From Octopus sinensis (taxonomy: Eukaryota): DNA of 64,000 bases. The DNA is taken from assembly GCF_006345805.1 (NCBI RefSeq), contig NC_042998.1, positions 12,338,001 to 12,402,000 on the forward strand, read 5' to 3'. Positions within the stretch are counted from its first letter, which is position 1, and each line of letters opens with the position of its first letter. The notes below the pieces were generated by a model. The model had not been told where the DNA came from. It saw only the letters and a program-made list of their open reading frames with translations, and searched no databases. Shown piece after piece: positions 26,770 through 39,792 of the stretch. Both the position numbers and the translations under genes were made by a program.

Positions 26770-27644
26770 CGGGTGCGATGGGTAAATTGTCGCCATTTTA
26801 CACTTTTAATTTCGCGCATGCACATCATGGTTTGTTTTTGATTTTGTCGAATACACAGCATAGCAGGTTCAATTATATACCGTCTGTGAGAAAAACAGTA
26901 CCATGACGCAATTCAGTTTGCTAGAAATTCGGAAACGGCACGATGTTCTGTTTGGCATTCGCGCCGGAAAACCTCCAATACGAACATTTCAGGGTGTTTG
27001 GGTATCAGTCTGAGGACATGTACCGAGAGTGATAAAAATCAAACATCCACTCAATATCATGGGGTTTGGAGTGATCACTAGTGATGGCGACGTTACGCTT
27101 CCATTCATCTTCCCTCAGACTCAACACGGAGGCCTACACCAAGTGCCTGGAGGATGTAGCGCTGCCCTGGGGTCAAGAGGGTTGTTGCTGGAAGTTCCTG
27201 TGTGTGACAACAAGACTCTGTACCATGCCACACCACACAAGCAGGAGAATTCAGTCAAGGCTGTCGGACAATTTCTGCAACCACATCACCCCTAACAACT
27301 GGCGACCTGACTCCCCACACTTCAGCCCCCTCGAGTATTATGTGTGGGGCACAGTTGAGCGAGAGACCGACAGGTCTCCTTGCAACACCAAAGATGAACT
27401 GAAGGCGAGGACTATGGTAGCATTCACCATCTTAAACTAGGAGACCGTCCAGAAGAGTTGCAGGAGATTCCGAAGTCGTCTGGAGGTCGTTGTTGAAGCC
27501 AGTCGCGATTTTATTGAATAAATTTATTTTTTAGTATTTCAAGATATCTCAGTGTAATTTTTATAACTATATCTGTTAAAATAAGATGTCGGTGTTATTT
27601 TCATTTTTGCGTAATTTAGACGATAATTTATTCACTCCACCCTG
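26769..27644 (+). mobile_element. Internally deleted Tc1/mariner (maT, DD37D-like) transposon
   Basis: Transposase C-terminus IMGFGVITSDG...QQDSVPCH...WRPDSPHFSPLEYYVWG; about 37 residues from QQD to the PL(D/E)Y position; imperfect (C/T)(A/C)GGGTG TIRs flanked by TA. Confidence 0.8.
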
Positions 27645-28003
27645 TATATATGTATGTATATGTATAGGAGAGGAAAAATTATAATAAGGCAGAATGCTAA
27701 ATTGAAAGTTTATTTTAATAAAAATGGGCGTATGAAAAATTAAAAAAGAAAAAATAATAAATCAAACCGGGTTTGATTGCAAGGCAAATTTTCAAGATTT
27801 GGAAGGGGAAATGTTTTTTTTTAAATTGAGGAAGGGGAAAAAGAAATTTAGAATGATTTTCAAAAAAACATATACATATATATATATACAAAAATTAATA
27901 AATAAGTATACCAATACATTGTAGAGTCTTTATGCTTTTAGAGTTCAATAATAGTCCTTGGAAAAACTTCTTTGGAGGATTAGGATGCATGCGTTTAAAT
28001 GTA

Positions 28004-28110
<107 letters not shown>

Positions 28111-28369
28111 CCTATATATGTACGTTATTATGTATATGTGTGTGTATCCGTTTAGTGTTGACTCGCGGAAGAAAGAATACTCAGTACCATAGTACAAAAT
28201 TGTAATATCTGTGTTTTATTCGAGTCAGTCTTTTGCTGGTCTTGAACTTGCTTGCGTGTTCCTTGCCTCATCAGGCAAGATATCAATCGTAACTTGGTTT
28301 GATGGCCTTGTGAACGACCTCCAGCGTAGCAAAGGAATGAGACACGACCAACATATATATATTTTTGAA

Positions 28370-28601
28370 GGCGGCGAGCTGGCAGAAACGTTAGCACTCC
28401 GGGCGAAATGCGTAGCCGTATTTCGTCTGCCGTTACGTTGTGAGTTCAAATTACGCCGAGGTCGACTTTGCCTTTAATCCTTTCGGGGGTCGATAAATTA
28501 AGTACCAGTTATGCACTGGGGTCGATGGAATCGACTTAATCCCTTTGTCTGTCCTTGTTTGGCCCCTCTGTGTTTAGCCCCTTGTGGGTAGTAAAGAAAT
28601 A
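28370..28601 (+). mobile_element. tRNA-derived SINE family A monomer
   Basis: Head GGCGGCGAGCTGGCAGAAACGTTAG, B-box GAGTTCAAATT, central CCTTT(C/A)ATCCTTTCGGGGTCGATAAATTAAGTACCAG (resembles the Meta-type SINE domain, from memory only), tail GTAAAGAAATA. Confidence 0.9.
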
Positions 28602-28618
28602 TATATATATTTTTGTGA

Positions 28619-28649
<31 letters not shown>

Positions 28650-29151
28650 TGTGCGTGTGTGTGCGCTCTTCAATGTGTCTTTATAAGTCTAGACCTCCAT
28701 AATACCAAACATATTTTCATGTCGATGTGCTTCATGAACTCAATGTAAATGTGTATGCTCATATTTAGTATCTTGTAAGTGGTTGTAACACTTTTCAATT
28801 ACCGTGTGCTTTTCGTTAAAGGCGTTTTCCGAGTTTTACAATAATATAAAGCTTTATTCGCACATTGACTGGCTTAACTTCCAACACAAGCAAAACTCCA
28901 CAGATTCTGGCGGAAAATGCTATCGGTCATACCGACCTCATTAGCTGAATGTTAATTATTTTATAGCCGATTTCACAATAACATATGAAGTGGAACCAAG
29001 TTGAAAATGTGCTGTGCATTTGAAAATCTATTAACAAAGTAGTCCAATTGATATGCCATAGGAATTTTGAGTTATTTTTCACGAGGTCAATCTTTTCCAG
29101 AGCTCTGGCGATTATTTGTCGTTTCTTTTGCATGTTTTATTTTCAATCTGA

Positions 29152-29530
29152 TTCAGTCATTAGACTGCGGCCATGCTTGTAGCAACGCCTTCAAGTAATT
29201 ATTTTTTCTAAGCCTGGGACTTATTCTACCGGTCTATCTAGCAAAACCGCTCAGTTAAGAGGACGTACGTAAACAGATCACCACCGGTTCTCAAGCTGTG
29301 GTCGAGTACAAGCACAATGACGCTCACACGCTAATACACACACACACACATACACGAACACAGATATATGGGGCTCCTTTCAGTTTCCGGTTATCAAATC
29401 CATTAAGAAAGCTTTGGCCGGGCCGAAGCTTTAAAAGAGCACGCCGGCCCTAGATGCCACACAATAAGAGTGAATCCGGAATTATGATATAATAAACTAA
29501 TTGCACACAGTGCTCATGTGCACTAGAACT
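29152..29530 (-). mobile_element. Old, diverged SINE family B copy
   Basis: Degenerate match to the family B tail and body. Confidence 0.65.
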
Positions 29531-30272
29531 CCACAGAAAAGCTAGTCAAAACAGCATGAACAGTATATAGAATATGTACAGAAACTGAACAGTGAAAAAT
29601 GTTTTTAAAAAAAAGTAAGAAGAAAGGGAGATGGGTTGCATTAGGTGCACTGTTGGAGAATTTCAGGAAGCATGGAAGATTTGAAGGATGTTGCCTCGAC
29701 TGCTACCAACTGATGCATGTAGTTTATTCCATGGTTCAGCAATTCTGAGCGCGAAAAAAAAATGTCTCTGAAAGTCGTGTCTGGAAAGAAAACTTCTTAA
29801 TATACAGCCAACCATGCTTGCGCCTATAAAATAATCGTGATATTCGTCTTCTTTCTATTAATGTAATACTAGCGAAGGCAAAATTTATCCCACAGAAAAT
29901 AAGTATGTGCGTTCTATATGTGTATCCTCGTGATTTCCGAAATCCTTAATTGACTTTAAACTTATCTAATCGGCATCTGGTGACGGTTGTGGTGATATCA
30001 TAATCACAATCTGCAAATTCCGGAATGCTATTATATTGTTCCTGTGTTAGTGAATGGAAGGCTACACACTTCGAGATCAAATACTGTTTCGTCATTGAGT
30101 ATTCAATACAATATTCTAGAGATGGATATATTATGGAAGAGTGGATGAGTTTAACAATTTAAGGATTAGTATTAATATTAATATGTCAAATCGGTAAAAT
30201 AAATTAGACGTTAGAATGTTCTGTTCAATTGTTCTATTATTTTCTTGGGGAGAAACGAGAATATATTAAATA

Positions 30273-30664
30273 CTAGCAGTATAGTCCGGCGTTGCTCGGG
30301 TTTGTTTCAACCCTTTAGAATTGGAATTTTTGAAAAGTAAAACTTTCGCATTATATAGCTTGTTATTCTCTTTAAATGAACATTTTTCTGGTTGAAATAC
30401 ACCGAAAAATGGCGACACAGCAGTCAAATAATCGTAAAAAATAGGGGTTTTCATAGAAAAAAACCCACCTTTTTGATGTAAATAATTTTGGTGTTAACAT
30501 GGTCCGATTTGAATTTTTTCTTCTACGGAAGGGTGAGCAAGCATTCTTCTATCATGCTTTCAATTTTCGTTAACTTGTGCCGCAGGGTCTCGGAGGAGAT
30601 AGTGTTAGTTGAAGGTTACCAAACCTGCCACACACAGACAACTTCAGCTTTATATATAGAGAGA
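30273..30664 (-). mobile_element. Non-autonomous Helitron-like element
   Basis: Minus strand starts TCTCTCTATATATAAAG and ends CCCGAGCAACGCCGG...CTAG followed by T. Termini are shared with 4237-4751 but the interior differs. Confidence 0.75.
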
Positions 30665-32074
30665 TTTAACACTTTTCCTGATGATGAAGATGATATCGAC
30701 GACGACGACAACGATGAGGATGACGACAAAGGGTTATCTATGACTGGAAAAAGAGAAAATCGGACAAATTAGCTTATTGTTTTGGATTTCTTCTTTCTAA
30801 TATCTCAAACCCAAATCCTGACGAAAACAACAATGCCTTGAAAACCGGGATCGAGATAAATAAGTGCTGCAGACTCTTGTCATGACAATTGTTTTGGAAA
30901 CTGATAAGGCGATAAACGCTGGACTAAATAACTTTTTCCGTGTTTATTTATTCTTAATTAAGTTCTTTCCAGGGCTTATTTTTAACTTTTATACTTTTAC
31001 ATCAAATAAAATAAACAACAATTTGTTTTACAGTTGACTTAAATTGCTCTACTATCTCTTTTCTTTTTAAAATAGAAATATTCATTAAATCATATCGAAG
31101 AATACTTCTGTTTTCGACGCTTCAAGAGGTGAAGGAAATAAAAGTCAAACAAATATTCACCGAGTATAGAACCACATTCAGCAATTAACCTCTAAAAATT
31201 TGGTTTTATGCCAAAACAAAATTTGAAAATTCTCTAAAGATTTAAGACACATTAAAAAAATAGCTTTATTAGAATGACGATGAAGGTTATAATTTTAGAC
31301 AAGGAGAAATTCTCAAAGGTAATTAAATGTGTATGCCAAATGAAATAGTTTTCAACCGGGAATCAAATCAGTTAGTGGTTTCCACATAGAAGGTGCTTAC
31401 CTATCAGACCCTACACCCTATACATGCTTAAATATTGATTTATAACATTGACACAAGTCCATACAATATGGGAGATGACATAGCTGATTCAATCGACTCC
31501 ACTACTTAATGGTGCTTATTTTTATCGACTTTTGAAGAATGGAGGGAAAATCGATACGTGTTTGATTTGAATTGAAAGTGTAAAGTGTCATACTATGCTG
31601 AAATATTAATGTTAGTTTGCATTAAGTAAAGTTGATGTTTGTCCAATATATGACGTGAAATTTTAAACCAAGTTAAAAATAAATGCTTGCAACACAATTC
31701 ACAACTATTTAATTATTTTATTCTATTAATTATCGGAAGAAAAGAAAGAAAAAAATCTTCAAATAATTTACATTGAAGTCTTGGTAGAAATGTTGTGACC
31801 AGCCTAAATGCTATGTTACATTTTCGACAACCAACCTTCCAAAATCAATTGTATCTCCATTTCTCAGGAATTGGTATTTGGGCAAGTAATAGATTGGATT
31901 CCATCTATAGACAATAATGTTTCTGGGACAAATGTAAACAACGTGCCCAGTCAAAAGTAAATAAAGCACTACATTATTTTGCTTAGCTTTGATATTTGTG
32001 TAAATATCTTGTATATTGATAGGGTTCATGTAATAGATGAGCTGAAAAACAAATGCAAAGTGCAACATAATTCT

Positions 32075-32490
32075 TATTTCTTTTTTGCCCACAGAGGCCT
32101 AAATATAGAGGTGCCACACAAGGACAGACAAACGGATTAAGTCGATTGCATCGACCCCAGTGCGTAACTGGTACTTATTTAATCGACCCCAAAAGGATGA
32201 AAGGTAAACTCCACCTCGGCGGAATTTGAACTCAGAACGTAAAGACAGACGAAATACCTATTTCTTTACTACCCACAAGGAGCTAAACACAGAGAGGACA
32301 AACAAGGACAGACAAACGGGTTAAGTCGATTATATCGACCCCAGTGCGTAACTGGTACTTATTTAATCGACCCCGAAAAGATGAGAGGCAAAGTCGACCC
32401 CAGCGGAATTTGAACTCAGAACGTAACGGCAGACGAAATACCGCTAAGCATTTCGCCCGGCGTGGTAACGATTCTGCCAGCTTGCCGCCT
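32075..32490 (-). mobile_element. SINE family A dimer (full monomer plus 184-bp head-less unit)
   Basis: Junction GAAATA|GGTATTTC at 32258/32259. Confidence 0.9.
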
Positions 32491-32629
32491 TGTGCAGCAT
32501 CATTCTATCATGCCACACCCGGCCCGGTTGATTAAATAGCAGTTATTTCAGGGAGACAGTTTAATCGACTCACCTTCTCCAAATTTCAGGCACCAAGCTT
32601 ATGGTACAAAGAATCCTCTTCCTCCCCTC

Positions 32630-33010
32630 GTACGAAAGGAACAAAAGCAAAAACGTCATGGCAAAGCAGCTGTACGAATAAACAGAGAGCTGTGCAAGAA
32701 GTATGGAATGGAATCTCCCAACAAATGGTAGAAAATGACCAGGTGTAACTCATCTGGGATATACTAATATAACACAGGCAAAAAGCTGTAAATTAACCAA
32801 CCAGATATCACTCTCCCATTGAAAGAGTCCAAAGAATGAACCTGCATCGACGTAGCTATATCTGACGATGAAATATTGTTAAAACAGATGGCATGAAACT
32901 TGGGAAGTACTAAGACTTAGGACTGGAAGTGAAAAGAATCCATAGAGCCTCAAAAGTGATTGGGATACCTATTGTGATTGGTGCACTTAAGTCCATGTCA
33001 AAAAGAGCAC
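32630..33010 (+). mobile_element. Highly decayed R4/Dong-like REL endonuclease fragment
   Basis: KRHGKAAVRINRELC, LIWDI, NQPDI, CIDVAISD and IPIVIGAL-like motifs with stops. Confidence 0.6.
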
Positions 33011-33063
33011 TATTCTGGCATAAAAACTGTAAATATCAAACTTCTTAGGAAGTAGAGTAAACA

Positions 33064-33174
33064 TTATTTGCCAACATGACATGGCAGTCCTGGTTTAGGT
33101 AACGATGTCTCCGGGGGATAAATTACAACAACATTCGTCCTAAACCAGGACTGTCATGCTCTGTTGGCAAATAA
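33064..33174. mobile_element. Small MITE-like inverted repeat (~36-bp arms)
   Basis: TTATTTGCCAACA...CAGTCCTGGTTTAGG and its reverse complement. Confidence 0.65.
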
Positions 33175-33299
33175 CCTTCACTCTAAAGTACTGTTGCTGA
33201 ATATCTATCGTTGAGAGATTTACAGTGATTCATCAGGTGCTCTTGGGCATATGACGTAATGGTTAAGAGCGCAGGAAAGAAAACATGTACGGTCACTTT

Positions 33300-34067
33300 G
33301 CAAGACAGATACAGAGGACAGGTGGCTATGGATGAGGAAGAGTGACATGTATATAGAAATAGAAACACTTACATGCGCAGCTCAGGAACAAGCGTTAAGG
33401 ACCAATTGAGAACACTACCGATAGCGACAAAGGCAGAATGTTTGGTGAGAGGGGTGAAACGGCATGGTACCTCGTTAGCGAATGCTCGAAACTGGCACAA
33501 TGCGAATACATACGACGCCGTGACAATGTGGCAAGAATGATCCATTGGAAGCTCTGTGGAAATCAGGACCTAAAAAGAGCAAAGAGGTGGTATGAGCAAA
33601 CCCCAGAAAGAGTCACTGAAAATGAGAAGTGTAAAATCCTGTGGGTTGCAATGATCCAGTGCGATCACCTGACCACGGACATTGTTGTGGTGAATAAAAA
33701 AGAACATGTATGATTATCGACATAGCATGCCCCAGTGACAACAGGATCAATGTGAAAGAAGAAGAAAAAATAAGCAACTAAAGCGATTTAAAGTGGGAAA
33801 TATGAAGGTTGTGGTCAATGAAGAGAACCGACGTGACACCAGTAGTAATTGGTGAACTTGAAATTATCAACACTCAGCTACCAACAGGGCTGAAAAAAAT
33901 CGGGGAAAGTGTGAAGGTAGAACACCTACAAAAATCAGCATTGCTTGGAACTGCAAGAATTCTTTGCAGGGTTCTAGAAGCATGACCAGTAAAGTGTCAC
34001 CTTAGTCTGCTGGCTGTGGATAGCTGACACTTTACATGATACCCAGCAAAATAAGCTGTGAATTTTC

Positions 34068-34070
<3 letters not shown>
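33300..34070 (+). mobile_element. R4/Dong-like 3' fragment (diverged subfamily) ending in (TAA)n
   Basis: AAQEQALRTN, CRMFGERGETAWYLVSEC, RRRDNVARMIHW, DIVVVNKK and LQKSALLGTARIL. Confidence 0.8.

Positions 34071-34131
<61 letters not shown>
34071..34131. repeat. (AAT)n between stacked Dong-like elements
   Basis: Directly visible. Confidence 0.95.
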
Positions 34132-34133
<2 letters not shown>

Positions 34134-37100
34134 GCCAAAAAAATATCTCAAAGCCAAAAAAATATCAGAAATAGAAATAGAACATTTAAAAGAAAAAATA
34201 CACCAGGAAAATGTAGATAGAAGCCACACAACAATGCCCAATAATATAAACACTGAAACTGTAAAACACGAAGAAAAACGCAACATTCCCAACAAACACG
34301 ATGTAAACAACGAAGGGGAGCCTAATGATTATGATAATATAAAAAATAAAATAATCAAAGAACTGAAAACCACAGAGCTCAAAATGGACCACCGACCATA
34401 CCTCCCAAGAACAAAAATAAACGCAATAACAACACCAATTATAAACAACATAAACCTAGCCGTCACTGAACTAGCCACTGAAACAAAAAAAGTGATATTA
34501 CTGAACTAAATAACTTGATATACGCAGCAGCCACTGCAGCCACAAAAGAAGCTGGATACTCACCCAAACCCGCCCAAACAGGAGTACCACCACCCAAACA
34601 AACCCTGTGGATAAATAACATCCAAAACAAATTAAAAAAAATTAGAAAAGACCTGTCGATTCTTAATGAAATCAGCAAACAAGCAACGCTACTGAACAAC
34701 AAAAAGAGAACAAAAATGCTCCGCAAATATAACATCACAGAAAAAGATTTGCCGGAGATAAAAGAAAAGCTGAAGCAAGATATCCTTGCCAAAGCTCAAA
34801 GGATCCGCCGGTACGAGAAACGCCAACGCTTCTTTGAACAGAACAAAAAGTTCAACTCCGACCCCAAAAAGTTCTACCAAGAACTGGGCAAAAATAAAAT
34901 AGAAGTCACTGCAGCACCAACGGCAGAAGAATTGGAAGAATTCTGGAGAGAAATATGGTCGGCGAACGAACAGCCAAAAAAAGGAGTATGAAAATAACAA
35001 ACTCGGCATCTGAACAACTTTGGACCCCCATAACAACTGAAGAGGTCACCCAGGCACTGCAAAATTTAAGCAACTGGAAGGCACCTGGGCATGACAAGAT
35101 CCCCAACTTCTGGTTGAAATATCTAACAGGAATGCACAAAAAGCTGGCTGAAAACTTTAACAGCATACTAGCAGAGCCAGAGACAATGCCTGAATGGCTC
35201 ACGAAGGGGAAAACCATCTTAATTCCCAAATCAAATGAAACAACAAAACCAGAAAACTACAGACCAATAACCTGCCTCCCTACTATGTTCAAGGCATTTA
35301 CTGCAGTGATATCGCAAAGGCTGAACAAGCACCTGGACGAAAACAAACTGTTCCCAGAAGAGCAGAAAGGATGCCGCAAGGGCTCATATGGCTGTAAAGA
35401 TCAACTAATGTTTATAAAGCCGTAACTGAAGACAGCCACAGAAAGAAGAAAGGCCTCAGTATGGCCTGGATCGACTACAAAAAGGCGTTTGATAGCATCC
35501 CCCACACATGGATCCTCGAAACACTAGCCATTAACAAAGTAGCACCAACAATCATAAAATTCATAGAGCACTCTATGAATAAATGGCAAACAGTCCTACA
35601 CCTCCAAACAAAAGAGGGACTCATGAAAACCAAAGACATCCCCATTAGAAGAGGAATATTCCAGGGAGACACGCTCTCTCCACTCCTTTTCTGCTTGGCA
35701 CTGTCACCTCTATCTGATATGCTAAATAGAACTGGATGCGGATATAAATGTTACGGCAAAACGATCAGCCACCTTTTATATATGGATGACCTAAAACTAT
35801 ACGCTGCAAATGACAAACAGCTGGAAACACTATTAAAGACAGTTCATGGATTTACCAAACAAATAGATATGAAATTTGGATTAGAAAAATGCGCCAAAGT
35901 AACCATGAAAAGAGGAAAACTAGTTAAGAGTAACAACATCACACTAGATAAAACCAATGAAATAAAAGAATTAGACCAAAGCCAAACTTACAAATACTTA
36001 GGAATCCATGAACTAGATAAGACACAACACACACAAATGAAAGAGAAAATAAAAAAAGAATATTATAGACGAGTTAGATCAATACTAAAAACAGAGCTCA
36101 ATGCTAAAAACAAGATAATAGGTATCAACACTTTAGCTGTCCCAGTTATAAGTTACAGCTACAATATCCTTAACTGGACACGAAATGAACTGTCCAAAAT
36201 AGATAGGAAAACAAGAAAAATACTGACAGCATCTAGGATGCATCACCCAAAATCTGACATAGAAAGATTATATATACAACGTATAGAAGGTGGTAGAGGC
36301 CTTATACAGCTGGAAAACTACTATAAAATAACCACCATAGGACTGCAAAAATACCTACTTCAGAAGGAAGGAAAACTGATCCAGATAGCAGCAAAACACG
36401 AGCAAAACAAAAAACTGTTCTCAGTATTTAAGGAAGCTGACAAATACAAACAAGAAATCATACCACCGAATAAACACAAAGAAGAAGAAGATGATGAAGA
36501 AACAACAAAAGCTATAAAACAAATGAAATCCAAACTAAAAATAGAACAGCAACGAGCCATGATAAAACGATGGCAAGAAAAGCCCCTTCATGGTAAATAC
36601 TGCACTAAACTAAACGCAAAAGAAATAGACAAAGAAAAATCCCAGCAATGGTTGAGAAGCTCAGGACTCAAAGCAGAAACAGAGGGATTTTTAATTGCAG
36701 CACAAGACCAAAGCCTCCCCACCAGAAATTACCAAAAACATGTAATGAAAAGAAATATTACAAGTAACTGCAGAATATGTGGAGATGGACAAGAAACAAG
36801 AAATCATATTTTCTCTAGCTGCACAGTCCTGGCTAAGAAGGAATATATTCACAGACATGACAGAGTTGGAACCTACATACATTGGAAGCTATGCCAACAT
36901 CATGGAATAACAACAGAAAAAAGATGGTATAGGCACACACCAGAAAAGGTCACAGAAAACGAGAAAGCAACCATACTCTGGGATATGCCGATACACACAG
37001 ATAGAGAAATTAAGGCCAACAGACCAGATATAGTTGTCAGAGATCATGAAGAAAAAAAATGCTTTCTAATTGATGTATCAATACCGGCAGTTGACAACGT

Positions 37101-37432
37101 GTCTCTAAAAGAAATGGAGAAACTCTCAAAATACAAAGACCTGGAAATAGAGGTAACTAGAATGTGGAACCTGAAAACAGAAACAATTCCTATCATAGTA
37201 GGTGCATTAGGCATGATAAAAAAATATTCAGACAAATACATAACAAAAACACCAGGACTTACAAACACATATAACATACAGAAAATTGCACTACTAGGCA
37301 CTGCACACATCCTACGCAGAACACTTTCCATACAATAACCATCAGAGCATCACAACAAATCACAGCACATACCCAAGGCACACAGAGCTGTGCTCGGTAG
37401 TGAAGTGAAAGCACGCTATAAAAATAAAACTA

Positions 37433-37435
<3 letters not shown>
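34132..37435 (+). mobile_element. 5'-truncated R4/Dong-like non-LTR retrotransposon (RT + CCHC + REL), copy 1
   Basis: WKAPGHDKI, NYRPITCLP, WIDYKKAFDSIPH, GIFQGDTLSP, LYMDDLK, CRICG...H...C, RHD, NRPDIV, IDV and KYKDL motifs; (AAT)n on both sides. Confidence 0.92.
35461..37338 (+). CDS. Uninterrupted 625-aa RT-zinc knuckle-REL endonuclease portion of the Dong-like ORF
   Basis: ORF track plus the motifs above; upstream parts of the ORF lie in other frames. Confidence 0.85.
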   Translation: MAWIDYKKAFDSIPHTWILETLAINKVAPTIIKFIEHSMNKWQTVLHLQTKEGLMKTKDIPIRRGIFQGDTLSPLLFCLALSPLSDMLNRTGCGYKCYGKTISHLLYMDDLKLYAANDKQLETLLKTVHGFTKQIDMKFGLEKCAKVTMKRGKLVKSNNITLDKTNEIKELDQSQTYKYLGIHELDKTQHTQMKEKIKKEYYRRVRSILKTELNAKNKIIGINTLAVPVISYSYNILNWTRNELSKIDRKTRKILTASRMHHPKSDIERLYIQRIEGGRGLIQLENYYKITTIGLQKYLLQKEGKLIQIAAKHEQNKKLFSVFKEADKYKQEIIPPNKHKEEEDDEETTKAIKQMKSKLKIEQQRAMIKRWQEKPLHGKYCTKLNAKEIDKEKSQQWLRSSGLKAETEGFLIAAQDQSLPTRNYQKHVMKRNITSNCRICGDGQETRNHIFSSCTVLAKKEYIHRHDRVGTYIHWKLCQHHGITTEKRWYRHTPEKVTENEKATILWDMPIHTDREIKANRPDIVVRDHEEKKCFLIDVSIPAVDNVSLKEMEKLSKYKDLEIEVTRMWNLKTETIPIIVGALGMIKKYSDKYITKTPGLTNTYNIQKIALLGTAHILRRTLSIQ

Positions 37436-37469
<34 letters not shown>

Positions 37470-37929
37470 GATGCGAATAGGCCAGATATCATAGTAAAAG
37501 ACGTCCAACAAAAAACATGCCTCCTCATTGATATGACTGTCCCAATCGTTATAAACGTATCTGTCAAGACCTACCAGAAACTGAGCAAATCTAAAGATCT
37601 TGAAATAGAAATCAGCAAAATGTGAAACCTGAAGACTAAAACAATGCCTGTTGTCATAGGTGCCCTGGGAATGATGGTAGAAATTCAAAAGATAGTGCTC
37701 ATGGGAACTGCTCATATCCTACGCAAAATGCTTTCTTTGTAATCTCAAGTTTTAAAACAAACATAATTTTCGTATGGTTTTTTAGGCATTCACTAGTACA
37801 ACACTAAGTACAAAACCAAATATATGGCACACTAGGCATAACACCAACATGAACTTCCAATTTGTCTCTTGAGGTCTCTAGGTGAGACTTGGAGCCAACT
37901 TATACAAATGTAAAGCAAAAGTCAAACAG
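37470..37929 (+). mobile_element. R4/Dong-like 3' fragment (another subfamily) between (AAT)n tracts
   Basis: ANRPDIIVKD, LIDMTVP, KDLEIEI, PVVIGALG and MGTAHILRK; a distinct 3' UTR followed by AATAAT. Confidence 0.8.
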
Positions 37930-38146
37930 AATAATAATAATAAAGGTCGTTCCTGTTGTCATTGGAAAATTAGGTTAAATACTACTCAACCTGTAGAAAC
38001 ATCTGGATACTTTAGAAATACCCCACTATCTAGGTGTATTGCAAAAAATTGCTTTGCATGGACCTGACATTTAGTGCGTCGAGTACTGTCTGTCTGAGTT
38101 CCTTGTGACTTGACAGACAGTACATTTCCAGCCTTGAACACACAAC

Positions 38147-38355
<209 letters not shown>

Positions 38356-39040
38356 TTTAATATATATGAAAGTCAGAGATCTTGAAGTTGGTAGCAAATA
38401 TAATTAAGTTTAGACTCGAATATTAGATTTTAGTTTGTAATTGAGATAGAGGTATCAGTGAAATGGCAATAACCAATAATATATTATTCCAGAAGCAATA
38501 TCTACAAAGTAGTTATCCTGTTGATATACAAAAGCACAAATTTGCGCACACCAAAATATACACCCAATGACATTTAACTTGAATTGAATTTTTATTTTGA
38601 GACAATTTTAATGATTGTTGAATTAAGTAGATATTCTAATCATTTATTATGCTACTTATTTGATAAACACTAAATTTGGTAGTCACTAAATGAATTAATG
38701 TTCGGTAAATACACGTAAGCCAAAAAAAAATACGATTTCTTACATAGACATAGATATTCATATTTGGTGAGGCGTATAAGTAATTTTATCAACGGTTGTC
38801 ATGGGTACTTTATCACCCTCGGAACGATTGAAGGTAACGTTGACTACGGTGGGATATGGTCCCATCTCCTAAACAGCTGAAACTTAACACTTCAAGTCAC
38901 TTTATTTGACACCCTAAAAATTGTGTCAACACAGCCCTCTGTTGATCTAACAGAACGTTAAATACAATGTCAAACTGTTATATTGACTTGAAATGATTCA
39001 GTAAGGCTTTTATCTAAATCTGTTAGAGAACAAGGCTTTT

Positions 39041-39395
39041 TAATATCTCCGCCTTAGTGAAAGCGGAGGTATTGTTTTTAGTCGTGTTTGTTTGTTTGTC
39101 TGTGGGTAAGATATCTCAAGAACCGCTGGATAGATTCGGATGAAACTTCAGGCATGTTTGGCCTTATAAATAGCACGAACTTGTTAGATTTTGGGATCGA
39201 TCTGGTACCGGACAAGTAATCTGAATGATTTTTCCGGTTTCTTTAACTTAATATTTGAGAGCGGTCCGCTTCAATTTTATTATTCTCGTTTATGAGAGCA
39301 TTCGAGTTTATTTCATATATTCTCATTCCAGCTAATCGTTGAAAGGAAGTTGGTGTTATCTTGGCGGAGGTTTGCGTTCTCTGACTACTCTTGTT
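39041..39395 (+). mobile_element. HINE/DINE-1-like (Helentron-associated) non-autonomous element
   Basis: 5' ATCTCCGCC...GCGGAGGT hairpin, internal GTTT/GTCT repeat, 3' GGCGGAGGTTTGCGTTCTCTG subterminal inverted repeat, T-rich flanks. Confidence 0.65.
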
Positions 39396-39792
39396 CAATT
39401 TAAATTTACACGGAAAGTGTGCTAGTTTGGTAATACTTAACAAACCTCCTTGTTTCTGTATCTCTGCTTCCGTGTCATGATGTACTATACACAATCGTTC
39501 CATCTTTGTACTCTTTTAACAGTATGTAAGCCTATTTTTTTATGAAAAAAAGTTACTAAGTCCTTGTTCATCCGTTCTTAGAAAAGGAATCAGTGTCTCG
39601 TCTGCAACGACCTTCCTTGTTGCTCAGCAGTATTCACTGAAAACGAACGAGAGAGAAGAAACTATCGGACGTGGTACTTAACCTGTATTTTATCGACACA
39701 AGAATGTGTCGATAAAATATAGGTAGAATTTGAACTTGTAATGCAGTGCGTTGAAACAAATATGTATTTAACCGACGTTATATCGACTCTGT

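Noticed and set aside
28370-28460. tRNA genes at SINE heads (also 25458, 39793, 42206)
   Set aside because: A/B-box-like motifs are present, but they run into SINE bodies and no complete cloverleaf was evident.
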